NCBI GenBank assembly: GCA_051382335.1
Contig: JBBCAX010000017.1
Span: forward strand, 1-60,297
Source of the DNA: Deltaproteobacteria bacterium TL4
GTDB lineage: Bacteria > SAR324 > NAC60-12
Length of the DNA: 60,297 nt
Direction of reading: 5' to 3'
Both the position numbers and the translations under genes were made by a program. Positions 38,063 through 47,785 of this stretch are shown one piece after another; position 1 is the stretch's first letter; the number at the start of each line of letters is the position of its first letter. A model generated the notes under the pieces. The model was not told where the DNA came from and made no database searches. It worked only from the letters and a program-made list of their open reading frames with translations.

Positions 38063-40864
38063 TTAATAGTTGAGCGAGAAAAATAGCAAGGGGCCATGGC
38101 GTAATTCTGAACGTTGATAGGCAAATTGATACTCCTCACCCGAAGTCCCTTTTCGGTCTTTGGGGGTTGACGTATTGCCTTCTTGAAGTGCCTCGGCACG
38201 ATAACTCATTCTGATGGTGCCTCCTGTTTGATTTAAGCCCTCGTAACGTTGATAAAAAAAACATCCTAGTTCTAAGCGAAGTTCACCAATAGGGGTCCAG
38301 TCCATCTTTGGTGATTTTACGCCTTGAAGCGTGTCCCTTAATTCAGCGGCAGAAATTCCTGCACGTAGCTCAAAATCAACAAATCCTTTATTCATTTCAG
38401 TTTCATACTTGACGAAGTAATCCAAAGTAGAGAATCCATAATGAAACATCCAATTTCTAACGTTCACATCGCCTATTGCCTGAGAGTCAAATTCGTAACT
38501 ACTTTCGCCCGCTGCCGCTTTGTAGATGAAGAGCGGCTGAAAAAAATTATACTCTTGAAATAACACACCAAAATGATGCCGATTTAATGACAACAAACTC
38601 AGTTTGAATTCCTGAAAATTCATCTGAAAAGATTGACTTTCGACTTGCTTGGAGTGCTCTTTGAAAAAAACGGCGGTTGTCATCCGCTCGCTTTCAAGTT
38701 TAGCATCATAGTCCAAAAATAATTTTTCCCATCCCAGTTGACCTTTCCAATGATTCAATTGTTTGGCCTCTTTTGAGCCTGAAATCTCAACCTGGTCCTC
38801 CATGATTTTTGCGAGTTGTTGAATGCCAAAAGAGGTCTGACCAAAGTGTCCTTCAAGCACAAAGAGGTTCAACCATCCATCCGACAGGATATACTGGGGA
38901 TCATAGGGGTGGGGAACCTGGGGGCTTTTTTGTGGTGTTTTAACATCAATGTTGGAATCAAGATACTGCACACCAAGTCCGAAGCTGAGTCGAAGGTTTC
39001 GGATTTCATGAAGATGCGCAGAAGCTAAATCATCAATGAGAACTTTTTTTTCTTCCTCATTTCTGGCACTAAGGTAGCCAGGTCCTTTAGAATCTCCATA
39101 CTGGGAGAATTGTTGTCCAAGATGTTCTAAATCCTGTATTTTGGACAGCATCACGTACTCTCGCTTATGCTTGTGACTATCCGATAAATAACTGAATAAA
39201 ATCCGATTTGACGAGGATTGCGCACCAACCAACTCTTCGCCTGTGCTCCTTTCTTTAGAAGCATCAATCACGAATTGTTTCTTGATTTTGCCTTCAGAAA
39301 TTTGCTGTTCCGTGACTAATAGTCCTTTGTGAAAAGGGTCTCGGAAAAAATAATGGAGACTCCAAAACTCATCTTCTGTCTTAAAAATTAAATGTTCTGT
39401 ACCGCTTTCCGATCGATCCACTCTTTGTTCTTCAATGCGATCCGTGGTATTATTGTAGAAGTAATGGTAAAAACTACGATCTGAAGGATCATGAAAAAAT
39501 ACATGCGGAAATCCCTTTGAATCGTCAAGTAAGGTTTGTGTGTACTGACTGCTTCGTTGAAATGGAGGCGTTTTTTCAACCCCATTGATTATAAACTGCT
39601 GAAGTGAAATCATTGGGTGCTTAGGAGCAGGAAAATGCTGGTGGTACTGGTTTTCGTATTCGCTTTTGCTCTCCTCTGATTGTTCGACGTAATAAATCGT
39701 TTTCTGGTCATAAACCCGAAGTCCTGAATATTTCACTTGTTCAATAGTAAAAAACAAACGGTTTTGTTTGGAGACTTTTAATTCAGAAGGGCGAAAACGG
39801 ATTCTCTGTTCTTCAGAGCTTACATTAGACCAGCTTTTCAGAAGTTTATAGGTGCATTTTTCCCGCTCGCATTGAGCTAAATGCAGCGTGTTGTATGAAA
39901 TGTTTCCTTCTTCTTGGGATTTAATATTTTCATCGTAGGACGATTCGATCATCGAGTATATCTTCCCATTGGGACTGACTACCGTCTCAAATTGAAATTC
40001 GTAAAAACGCCTTGGATTGCTCTTTTTTGCGATTTTAATCAGCTTCGACATTTCCTCTGTCACTGAAGGATCATCCAGCGAACTCACCTCTTGTCCTCGC
40101 TGTTTCATACTCCCAATATTGCTGAACTGAATCGTTTTGGGATAAAGTTTTGCGGGAATATCGAAAACGAGATGATAATCAAATTGCTCAGAAAAAACAT
40201 AAATTTTGTTGCCGTAATCAATGTAAAAAAGATCGTTCTGATCGGTTAGAATTTGTGCCGGCTTGCCTGCAGGCAAACCGTAAATGAATGGCTGTTCAAT
40301 ACTAATCGCCTGATCCTGGTTGTACGAAAAAGGGGATTTCCCAGAAGTCTGGTGATGAACACCTACAAGCGGTTTTTCAGGAGACGATGGCTTTTCCCAG
40401 GTTTCTATGATGGCCGCGGTTAAAGGGTATCCTCTCCGTTCTGCCCAAATGACGGCTGTATTTCCATAACCATCCGCAATATTGAAATCGGCCCCCAGGC
40501 CCAATAATTTTTTAACAGCACTGATATTGCCCCTACCTGCCGCGAACATCAATGCGGTCTGACCACTTTTATCCCGTGCATCAAGTTTTTTGGTTTTATC
40601 AATTAACTGAGAAATAAGTTCGTGATCTCGATCCAAATTGATAGCCCACATCACAGGCGTACGACCTTCCGCATCGGTTTCGTCTACATCAACCTCCGTG
40701 TTGATTAACTGCAAGGCGTCACTTATATCATCCTCCCGAATCGCTTGAATCAGAGGTGTTGACAGATCCAGAGGCTCTACCTTGGCCGCATATCCTTCCA
40801 ACGGGATACATAAAAACAATAAAAATAAAACGATGTCCGTTAAAACCTTGTGCTTTTTATTCAT
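38063..40864 (-). CDS. Exported protein: ankyrin repeats, beta-rich middle region and probable C-terminal outer-membrane beta-barrel
   Basis: Signal peptide; ankyrin motifs GRTPVMWA, GQTALMFAA, GNTAVIWA; amphipathic beta-strands in the last ~300 aa ending HGPLLFFSLNY (aromatic terminus). Confidence 0.7.
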   Translation of the reverse strand: MNKKHKVLTDIVLFLLFLCIPLEGYAAKVEPLDLSTPLIQAIREDDISDALQLINTEVDVDETDAEGRTPVMWAINLDRDHELISQLIDKTKKLDARDKSGQTALMFAAGRGNISAVKKLLGLGADFNIADGYGNTAVIWAERRGYPLTAAIIETWEKPSSPEKPLVGVHHQTSGKSPFSYNQDQAISIEQPFIYGLPAGKPAQILTDQNDLFYIDYGNKIYVFSEQFDYHLVFDIPAKLYPKTIQFSNIGSMKQRGQEVSSLDDPSVTEEMSKLIKIAKKSNPRRFYEFQFETVVSPNGKIYSMIESSYDENIKSQEEGNISYNTLHLAQCEREKCTYKLLKSWSNVSSEEQRIRFRPSELKVSKQNRLFFTIEQVKYSGLRVYDQKTIYYVEQSEESKSEYENQYHQHFPAPKHPMISLQQFIINGVEKTPPFQRSSQYTQTLLDDSKGFPHVFFHDPSDRSFYHYFYNNTTDRIEEQRVDRSESGTEHLIFKTEDEFWSLHYFFRDPFHKGLLVTEQQISEGKIKKQFVIDASKERSTGEELVGAQSSSNRILFSYLSDSHKHKREYVMLSKIQDLEHLGQQFSQYGDSKGPGYLSARNEEEKKVLIDDLASAHLHEIRNLRLSFGLGVQYLDSNIDVKTPQKSPQVPHPYDPQYILSDGWLNLFVLEGHFGQTSFGIQQLAKIMEDQVEISGSKEAKQLNHWKGQLGWEKLFLDYDAKLESERMTTAVFFKEHSKQVESQSFQMNFQEFKLSLLSLNRHHFGVLFQEYNFFQPLFIYKAAAGESSYEFDSQAIGDVNVRNWMFHYGFSTLDYFVKYETEMNKGFVDFELRAGISAAELRDTLQGVKSPKMDWTPIGELRLELGCFFYQRYEGLNQTGGTIRMSYRAEALQEGNTSTPKDRKGTSGEEYQFAYQRSELRHGPLLFFSLNY

Positions 40865-41092
40865 GCCCTACTTCTCCTGACGGTCTAATTATCAAAAATC
40901 AAATCCTTCATGATTAATCAAAGGCATCACAAATGTCAAAATATGAATTCCAGAATCGAATACTTCTTTGGTTCTGTAAAATAAATCAGCGAAAACTGAA
41001 AAAAAACTTGATTATCTATCGCAATTTGATTAGCAGAGGGCAGTAGGAACATTGCTTCGCCTATATCATTAGACCCTTCTTGAAAGAAAACC

Positions 41093-42202
41093 ATGATGAG
41101 CTTGATTGTTAAAAATTACTGGATTCTGTGTTTTACGTCTTTTTTCCTCCTTTGGGGGGCTTTTTCTGCGTATGCAGATGAACCGGACTATATAAGGCAG
41201 TCCATTCGTGCTCGGGGCATGGGGGATGCTTTCACTGCTGTGGCAAATGACGAAATGGCGTTGTACTATAACCCTGCCGGTTTGCGCTCAGTGACCCACA
41301 ACATGTACTACCTGCTTGGTGGAAGCTTAACTACGAACCAAGACACGGCTTCGCTCGGAGATGACACCATTTCTGAGTTGGCTGACATTACCGGACGCAA
41401 AATCCTGATCGAACAGGATTTATCCGCTTTGAGTATCACCACATCAAGATGGGCCTATTCGATTTTCCAAAATTTTGTGTTGGACGCTACTGTCCATAAC
41501 CCCGTAGTTCCTTTCTTTGAGGTAAAGGGGTTTGCCCAAGTGGGAGTTTTAGCGGGTTTTGCTTTAAGTTACCTGGATTATAAATTGGATATTGGCGTTG
41601 GTATTAAGGCGATTAACCGTAGCGGAATTCGGGAAACCTTGCATATCACTGATGAAGCGATCATCAAGGCCATTGATGACAACGAGACCAGTGATTTGAT
41701 TGATAAGTTTTCCTCAACCAATGCGACGGCACTGGATGTGGGAGGAATTTACAATATTGATAGCATCAGTAACTTTCATACCAAACTTGCGGCTGTTGTC
41801 AAAAATATAGGCGGTTTGGACTTTGGAAATGCGGGTAATATTCCAACGACAATTGATGTGGGGATTTCCTCAGAGTCCGAGTTACAAGGTTTTGATATTA
41901 CTTTAGCTGCTGATTATGCTGATGTGACTAACGCCAAAGGCTTTGCTGAAGACACTTTTACTCTGATAAACTTGAAAATGGGGGCGGAGATAGCCTATCT
42001 CAAAGCGTATAATGGTCATCATATGCTCTCTTTTCGCGTAGGACGCAACGGTCCTTACAATACTGCCGGCTTAACAATAAACCTGCCTTGGTTGATCATC
42101 ATTCCCAAAATTGATGTCGCCGTTTGGTCACAGGAAATTGGAGACTTTGCCGGAGATAAAGAGGATAAACGTATTAGCGCTCAATTATCATTTATTTACT
42201 AA
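41093..42202 (+). CDS. Outer-membrane beta-barrel, FadL/PorV/TraF_2-like superfamily
   Basis: Signal peptide (AYA-D); N-terminal plug motif SIRARGMGDAFTAVANDEMALYYNPAGL; alternating beta-strands; C-terminal AQLSFIY. Confidence 0.8.
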   Translation: MMSLIVKNYWILCFTSFFLLWGAFSAYADEPDYIRQSIRARGMGDAFTAVANDEMALYYNPAGLRSVTHNMYYLLGGSLTTNQDTASLGDDTISELADITGRKILIEQDLSALSITTSRWAYSIFQNFVLDATVHNPVVPFFEVKGFAQVGVLAGFALSYLDYKLDIGVGIKAINRSGIRETLHITDEAIIKAIDDNETSDLIDKFSSTNATALDVGGIYNIDSISNFHTKLAAVVKNIGGLDFGNAGNIPTTIDVGISSESELQGFDITLAADYADVTNAKGFAEDTFTLINLKMGAEIAYLKAYNGHHMLSFRVGRNGPYNTAGLTINLPWLIIIPKIDVAVWSQEIGDFAGDKEDKRISAQLSFIY

Positions 42203-42231
42203 TGGATGTAACTACAGCAATAGGCAACACT

Positions 42232-43965
42232 ATGAAAGCATGTAAAGGATGGATTCCCCTGTTGGGGCTTCTTAGTTTGGCGTTATTCATGATAGGTTGT
42301 ACTTCTCAAGGGAGGCTTACCTATTTGACGTTTAATACGAGTGATGACTATGCCACTCTAAAGCAATCCCTGGAAGAATTAAAGATTAAGGGGTATGACG
42401 GGCATACGGATCAGCAGTTCAGTGCCGTCAAGAACTTAAGGTACATGTCGAAATATTTGGATGAACCCGGGAAACGGGAAATGGCTCTTGGTGCTTTGGC
42501 CTTCCTTGCTTTCTACAGTGACGATTGGGATGTTCAAAACCGCTCAAAGTATCGTTTGAAAGTGGTCCTCGATGAAAATCGGTTTGGTCTCACCAAGGCC
42601 TTGGATAGCGATAACTGGAGCACGGATCATCGAATCGCTGTCATCCAGGCTGTGATGGATTTGGTGATTGGAGACGAAGGTTATCAGAAAGAAGAGGATG
42701 ATGTTTTGATGACCATTCCCATGGAAGTCGATGAGCGTGAGGATGCTCTGGATTTCCTGATGGGTCGTTTGGATGACATGTCTCCGTATCTGCAATATGT
42801 AACCGTGGAAATGTTCGAAAAGTTCTTGTTGACGGCTCCTTCTCCTCAGAACTGTCCTATCGACGTTTGTGATGAAGATGATAGAAGAGATCCCACCAAA
42901 TGGGAAACAGAGCTAAAAGCCGAATGGAGTGAGGATTATCAGGAGCTTAAAGAACGTTTATGGAAAGAGATTGAAGGCTGGCTTGACGACGAAGACATCG
43001 CTCCTGCAACCAAAGCCATGTTAGCGCACTTGGCTGGACGGATTCATCATTTTCATTTCTTCCCTGAGATGGAAGAAAAATTTATTGGTATTGCGAAAGA
43101 ATGGCAGGATGAAGAGAATATTCCGGCAGATGTCCGTTTAGTGGTCAAGGGGGCATTGGAAAAGGTCAATTTGTACGGGGTTCCCGCAACTAAAGAAGCC
43201 GTCATCGGAAGCTCCGATTATGCTGATTTTTTAGGGCATTCCAGCGATTTCTTTGAAACTCACTTGGAAGCCATACTTTACCAGCAAATGTTAATGCAAG
43301 ATTCTGAAGTACAGGATTCTTCAATCCCTAGACTTGATCCAACGGACTGGCTCTTTGCCAACGTTGAGGAGGCACCGGAAGCTCAAGTGAAAAGAGAGCT
43401 CATGTTGCAAATCACGGTTGCCGCTTTGAATCGTGGTTTGGTGCTGCGAAATGCTAACCTGCAAGAGATTGCGATACGGGCCATCAATAGCGCTGATTCT
43501 ATGCTAAAACGTCATCAAGTGCTAATGGGTGTCGGGATGATTTATCCCTCTCTTAAAGCCCAGAATCTCAGCCCCGTTCCGCTGTTGGAGTCGTTGGCTT
43601 CTGCTGCCGCGAATGCCTCAAATTTAACGGAAAAACGACTTTATATCCAAGCCATGCTAAAAGGATACAGTATCTTTCCTTTGCTGGTGCAAAGTAAGGT
43701 TGATGCCCTTTCTGGCTTAGACGTAATGACACGGAACATGATTGGCCTTAAGCTCAAAACTGTTGAAACCTCTTACGTTCCTGAAGTTTCTGCGGAACCC
43801 GGAAAATCACCTGCTAAAGAGGCTGTATCCACAGAAGAAGTCATTGAAGTTCAAGTCCCTGAGGACTCTGAAAGGGAAGAGAGTTCAACCCAAAGTGCTG
43901 AAAAGCAACCGGTAACGATTCCTGAAGGAGGCGAGGTCCCAGCAAATGAGGGCGCTCAAAAGTAA
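42232..43965 (+). CDS. Hypothetical acidic alpha-helical (HEAT/ARM-like) lipoprotein
   Basis: MKACK.. signal with lipobox MIG-C; helical repeat-like body; disordered E/P/S-rich tail. Confidence 0.7.
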   Translation: MKACKGWIPLLGLLSLALFMIGCTSQGRLTYLTFNTSDDYATLKQSLEELKIKGYDGHTDQQFSAVKNLRYMSKYLDEPGKREMALGALAFLAFYSDDWDVQNRSKYRLKVVLDENRFGLTKALDSDNWSTDHRIAVIQAVMDLVIGDEGYQKEEDDVLMTIPMEVDEREDALDFLMGRLDDMSPYLQYVTVEMFEKFLLTAPSPQNCPIDVCDEDDRRDPTKWETELKAEWSEDYQELKERLWKEIEGWLDDEDIAPATKAMLAHLAGRIHHFHFFPEMEEKFIGIAKEWQDEENIPADVRLVVKGALEKVNLYGVPATKEAVIGSSDYADFLGHSSDFFETHLEAILYQQMLMQDSEVQDSSIPRLDPTDWLFANVEEAPEAQVKRELMLQITVAALNRGLVLRNANLQEIAIRAINSADSMLKRHQVLMGVGMIYPSLKAQNLSPVPLLESLASAAANASNLTEKRLYIQAMLKGYSIFPLLVQSKVDALSGLDVMTRNMIGLKLKTVETSYVPEVSAEPGKSPAKEAVSTEEVIEVQVPEDSEREESSTQSAEKQPVTIPEGGEVPANEGAQK

Positions 43966-43995
43966 TGATTGCGGTTTTTTCGCAGAGAGGACAAG

Positions 43996-45672
43996 ATGCG
44001 ATTTACTCAGCTATTGAAACAATCGCTTCTACTTGTGACCTGCGTAATGATGTGCGCCGGTTGTGCCAGTGAGGAACCAGCAAGGAATTGTCAGATTAGG
44101 CTGGATGAAGGTGAGTTTGAGAGTGTTGCCTTGGACAAGGAGGGTTGTGATAATTACCAGCGGGCGAGTGGGTATTTGGGGCTTGCGGGGTTCGGGTTTT
44201 CAACGTTTCTGAGAGAGAAGGCAAGCGCCAATTTTAGCAAGACATTAGGACTCGATAAATACTCAAGAAAACGTGGCAACCTCAATCAATGGAAAGATTC
44301 CAAAAAGGGAATCCTCAGATATTATTCCCAAGCCCTGTGTCTGGTAGGTCCTGTCTCAATGGTCCGTGTCTTGATTCAGGATGCCGAGGGAAATCAGTGT
44401 CTGGATTCAGGAAGTCGGAACTTGGAAGTTTCTCGACGACGGCGGGATTTGGAACTCTCTTTTTTTGGAATTTTAGGCGATATCATTGTCCGTACCTTTG
44501 GTGAGATGGATCGTGACCGTAACGGAGAGATAACAGAAACAGAACAGAATGTTTTCTCAGGAGTACAGTCTTCAGGCGGGGGTTCCGGTGAGGCCTCAAG
44601 TATTACTGTAGATGAATCGGTTTTACAGATGATTGCCAATGATGAGGTGTATTTCTTAAAAAAATCGCAAGTTGCGATTCCTGATCTAACCACGTTGAAA
44701 TATATGCAGACTTCGTTTACCGTTGATAAGAATGGGGATGCTGTCTTTGGGTGGGATTTGGAAGGAAATCTAATTCCTCAGTTTCTCTTGGATGGGAATG
44801 GGCGCCCTATTTTGGATCCGTCAACGGCGGAACCTTTGTTGGATTTGAATGGAGATCCTGTTATTATCTCGAGTGATTTAAAAAAACCGGATGGTACGCC
44901 GCTCTTTCCGAATGGTGTCCCTGCCCCCGATTTGGACACAATAGCGCCTGTGGTTGATGCTTCAGGGGTTTCTCGGACTGAAGAGGGTTTTAAGTGTATG
45001 AGAAGGGGGGTGGACTTTTCGGGAATTGTTCCTGAGAATTTTGAAAAGATAGCGAAAGTTTCGACCTGTGGCCAAATAGCAAGTTTTATTACAGAGGTTT
45101 ATCCTATCATACAGATACAGGCGATTACGGATTTTTTTTCAGAGGGTGTTGATGTTAAAAAGCCTTTGAATTTTTTAACTATTTATGCGCAAAGAGCTTC
45201 AGCATTAGAAGATGAGCTGGTACAATTGGGGTTTAGACCGGACAGCGAGTTTTTAAACGCAATGAATGAGACTGTTGAAAAAATGGATAACGGAGGTATT
45301 TGCGGGAATGTACAGGCGAAGGTTTTTGAGTTACTGGCGGGAATTGCTGAGAATGGCGCGACAACGCTTCAGGAAGTAAGAAAGAAAAATTTGTTATCCG
45401 TTCAAGATGTTTTGGCACTTGATCCCAGTCCAGATGGGCAGATGACGACAAAGTGTCCCTTGGCGAACTGTGATGTGGAGATTACACGCAGTCGACTCGT
45501 CTATAGGAAAACAGATGGGACTTATACGGATATTTATTCGGAGGCTGACTCTAAAACGATTGCCAGTGCGTTGGAAGCGGTTAAACAACTGACCTCCGAT
45601 ATGAAGACAAAAGGTAATGAAAAAGGAAACCGCATCATCACGTTTCAAGAGCTGCTTTGTTTGACAGAATGA
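43996..45672 (+). CDS. Cys-rich lipoprotein with EF-hand-like loop, paralogue A
   Basis: GAGAGG RBS; lipobox CAG-C; DRDRNGEITETE; clear similarity to 45783-47354. Confidence 0.78.
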   Translation: MRFTQLLKQSLLLVTCVMMCAGCASEEPARNCQIRLDEGEFESVALDKEGCDNYQRASGYLGLAGFGFSTFLREKASANFSKTLGLDKYSRKRGNLNQWKDSKKGILRYYSQALCLVGPVSMVRVLIQDAEGNQCLDSGSRNLEVSRRRRDLELSFFGILGDIIVRTFGEMDRDRNGEITETEQNVFSGVQSSGGGSGEASSITVDESVLQMIANDEVYFLKKSQVAIPDLTTLKYMQTSFTVDKNGDAVFGWDLEGNLIPQFLLDGNGRPILDPSTAEPLLDLNGDPVIISSDLKKPDGTPLFPNGVPAPDLDTIAPVVDASGVSRTEEGFKCMRRGVDFSGIVPENFEKIAKVSTCGQIASFITEVYPIIQIQAITDFFSEGVDVKKPLNFLTIYAQRASALEDELVQLGFRPDSEFLNAMNETVEKMDNGGICGNVQAKVFELLAGIAENGATTLQEVRKKNLLSVQDVLALDPSPDGQMTTKCPLANCDVEITRSRLVYRKTDGTYTDIYSEADSKTIASALEAVKQLTSDMKTKGNEKGNRIITFQELLCLTE

Positions 45673-45782
45673 AATTTGATCAGAAATTGATTTGTTTAAG
45701 TTGCCATTGATTAGTGACTCATATGCGTCGGTTGATGAGTCGGATTTGTAACACCATAATATTGATTAACGTAGGATTGACC

Positions 45783-47354
45783 ATGAAATGCAAGTATTTT
45801 CGTCTTTTCACTGGATTGGTAATTATCAGTTTTTTCCTGGTAACCTGCTCAGCGGGTGATAATACAGAATCCTGTCAGGATAAGCTTGATAAGGCTGATT
45901 ATTCCGCAGTCGCTGATGACTTGAAATGCGACACTTATGAGCGTGCGAGTGCCTACTTGGGTATGGCTGGTTTTGGCTTTGGCTCTTTTTTGGCATCAGG
46001 TGCAACGGATAATTTCAGCAAGACATTAAAGCTCTCAAAATTCACAGGTGCTGATGCTGATGGTTGGAAAGATGCGGAAACGGGGATTCTCAGATTTTAT
46101 GAGTACGCGTTGTGTCTTGTTGGTCCCGCAGATTTGGTTACGACGTTGACTGCTGAGGTAAAATGCAACGATTCAGGTAGGCGTCCTGTCCCAACGGACC
46201 CTGATGGGGCTATGTATGAAAGACCCCGGAGGGATATGGAAATATCGTTTTTTGCCATGTTAGGTGAGTTGATTGTCCGCACTTTCGGTGAGATTGACAA
46301 GGACAGGGATGGCGAAATAACGGAACAGGAACAAAATTCCTTTACCGGACTGAGACAGACTGTAGGAGAAAAGAGCGCATCGGATATTGATGTGTCTGAC
46401 AAGTATTTTCAGATCATAAACAATAAGGGGAATGTCTATTTTGCGAGGAAAATCAATACGTTGATTACTCCAACCGCAACATTCATCGATACGAATAATG
46501 ATGGAATTGGAGACAAGTTATCCTACTCCTATGCTGTTGTTACTGAGTCTCCATTTGATGGATTAAAGTGCTTAAAGATGGTTAAGAATAGTAAACCTGA
46601 CTATACAGGAGTCATTCCTCCGAGTTTTGATACGGATAAAGGGAAATTTGATGACATCATAGACTTGGATCAGGACGGGGAGGGCGGATGTCCTCAGGTG
46701 CAAACCATTACGGATATCATTCCTATTATCAGAATGAATAAGGTAACCAATATTTTTGAAGACAATGCTGATATTACGAAGCCGACTGATTTTATTTCTA
46801 TGTACGCACAGAGAGCAACCCTGTTAACCGATGAATTGGAAGTTGACGAGACTGATCCGACTGATGATGGTTTAGGTTTCAAATCCGACAGTCAATTTAC
46901 CAAAGCGGTGAAAGAATCTGTGGATAAAATGGATAATGGTGGAGACTGTACTACTCCAGCAATTACAATGATGGATTTGATCACCAAAATTGTTTCCACA
47001 GCAGCCATCTCTAGTAATGATGACTTAGCAACACATAATAAGCTCGATTTAGTTGATGTTTCTGGTTTGGATCCAAAAGCGGGAACCGTTAGTAGTAAAT
47101 GTCCCTTCCCGGCAAAGGATCCCAATGGTAATCCGTATCAGTGTAATATTACTGTGTCGACTTCGCGTTATATTTTCTTGAAATCAAGTGGAGGATATAC
47201 AGATAATCTAACTGAAGCGACAACTGATGTGGCTGCTTCTTTAAAAAATTTGGCAAACCTGCAGTTGGATGCTAGCGGTAAACCTTTGGTTGTCAAAGCG
47301 GGAGACCGTGTGATTGCCTTTAAAGAATTGGCTTGTTTGAGTGAGCAGAAATAA
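45783..47354 (+). CDS. Cys-rich lipoprotein with EF-hand-like loop, paralogue B
   Basis: Lipobox LVT-C; DKDRDGEITEQE and DTNNDGIGD; shares blocks and Cys positions with paralogue A. Confidence 0.78.
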   Translation: MKCKYFRLFTGLVIISFFLVTCSAGDNTESCQDKLDKADYSAVADDLKCDTYERASAYLGMAGFGFGSFLASGATDNFSKTLKLSKFTGADADGWKDAETGILRFYEYALCLVGPADLVTTLTAEVKCNDSGRRPVPTDPDGAMYERPRRDMEISFFAMLGELIVRTFGEIDKDRDGEITEQEQNSFTGLRQTVGEKSASDIDVSDKYFQIINNKGNVYFARKINTLITPTATFIDTNNDGIGDKLSYSYAVVTESPFDGLKCLKMVKNSKPDYTGVIPPSFDTDKGKFDDIIDLDQDGEGGCPQVQTITDIIPIIRMNKVTNIFEDNADITKPTDFISMYAQRATLLTDELEVDETDPTDDGLGFKSDSQFTKAVKESVDKMDNGGDCTTPAITMMDLITKIVSTAAISSNDDLATHNKLDLVDVSGLDPKAGTVSSKCPFPAKDPNGNPYQCNITVSTSRYIFLKSSGGYTDNLTEATTDVAASLKNLANLQLDASGKPLVVKAGDRVIAFKELACLSEQK

Positions 47355-47532
47355 AAGGCAAATTATTTTTGCTTGAGGTTACCTTTTTTGGCATCTTCCT
47401 TCCACGATGGATTGGGGAGGTACCGCATGTTTTCAACGTCCTTCTTGAAATCATTTCGTACATCAATATGATGTCAGATAGCTGCCCGAAAATGGGTTGT
47501 CATAACGCACTACCCTTAAAACGGGGTTGGGT

Positions 47533-47635
47533 CTAACTTCGGCCAGGGGTAGCCTCGGGTTTCGCCCCGAGGAACAATGTGCGTGGTATCCCCTGGGACG
47601 AAACTCAGGGCTACCGTCAAAATGGCTGAACTTAC
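47533..47635. repeat. GTAG-type REP-like doublet inside short imperfect outer inverted repeats
   Basis: GGTAGCCTCGGGTTTCGCCCCGAGG (from 47548) pairs with CCCTGGGACGAAACTCAGGGCTACC (to 47615); outer CTAACTTCGGCCA / TGGCTGAACTTAC match 10/13. Confidence 0.65.
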
Positions 47636-47785
47636 GATCAAGCTCCTTAAAACATTCCCCTAAATATTAATATTATTGATTAAATTGATAGGTTTACTAT
47701 ACTGTATAGGGATAGCCTTGAACTTCATGGTTGATTTGATGAAAGGCCGAGGGACACTAAGAATAATTTCATTAGAAGAGATAAA

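Noticed and set aside
41093..42202. Conjugation (TraF) or type IX secretion assignment for the barrel
   Set aside because: No relaxase, T4SS or other T9SS components in the window; only the barrel superfamily motif is supported.
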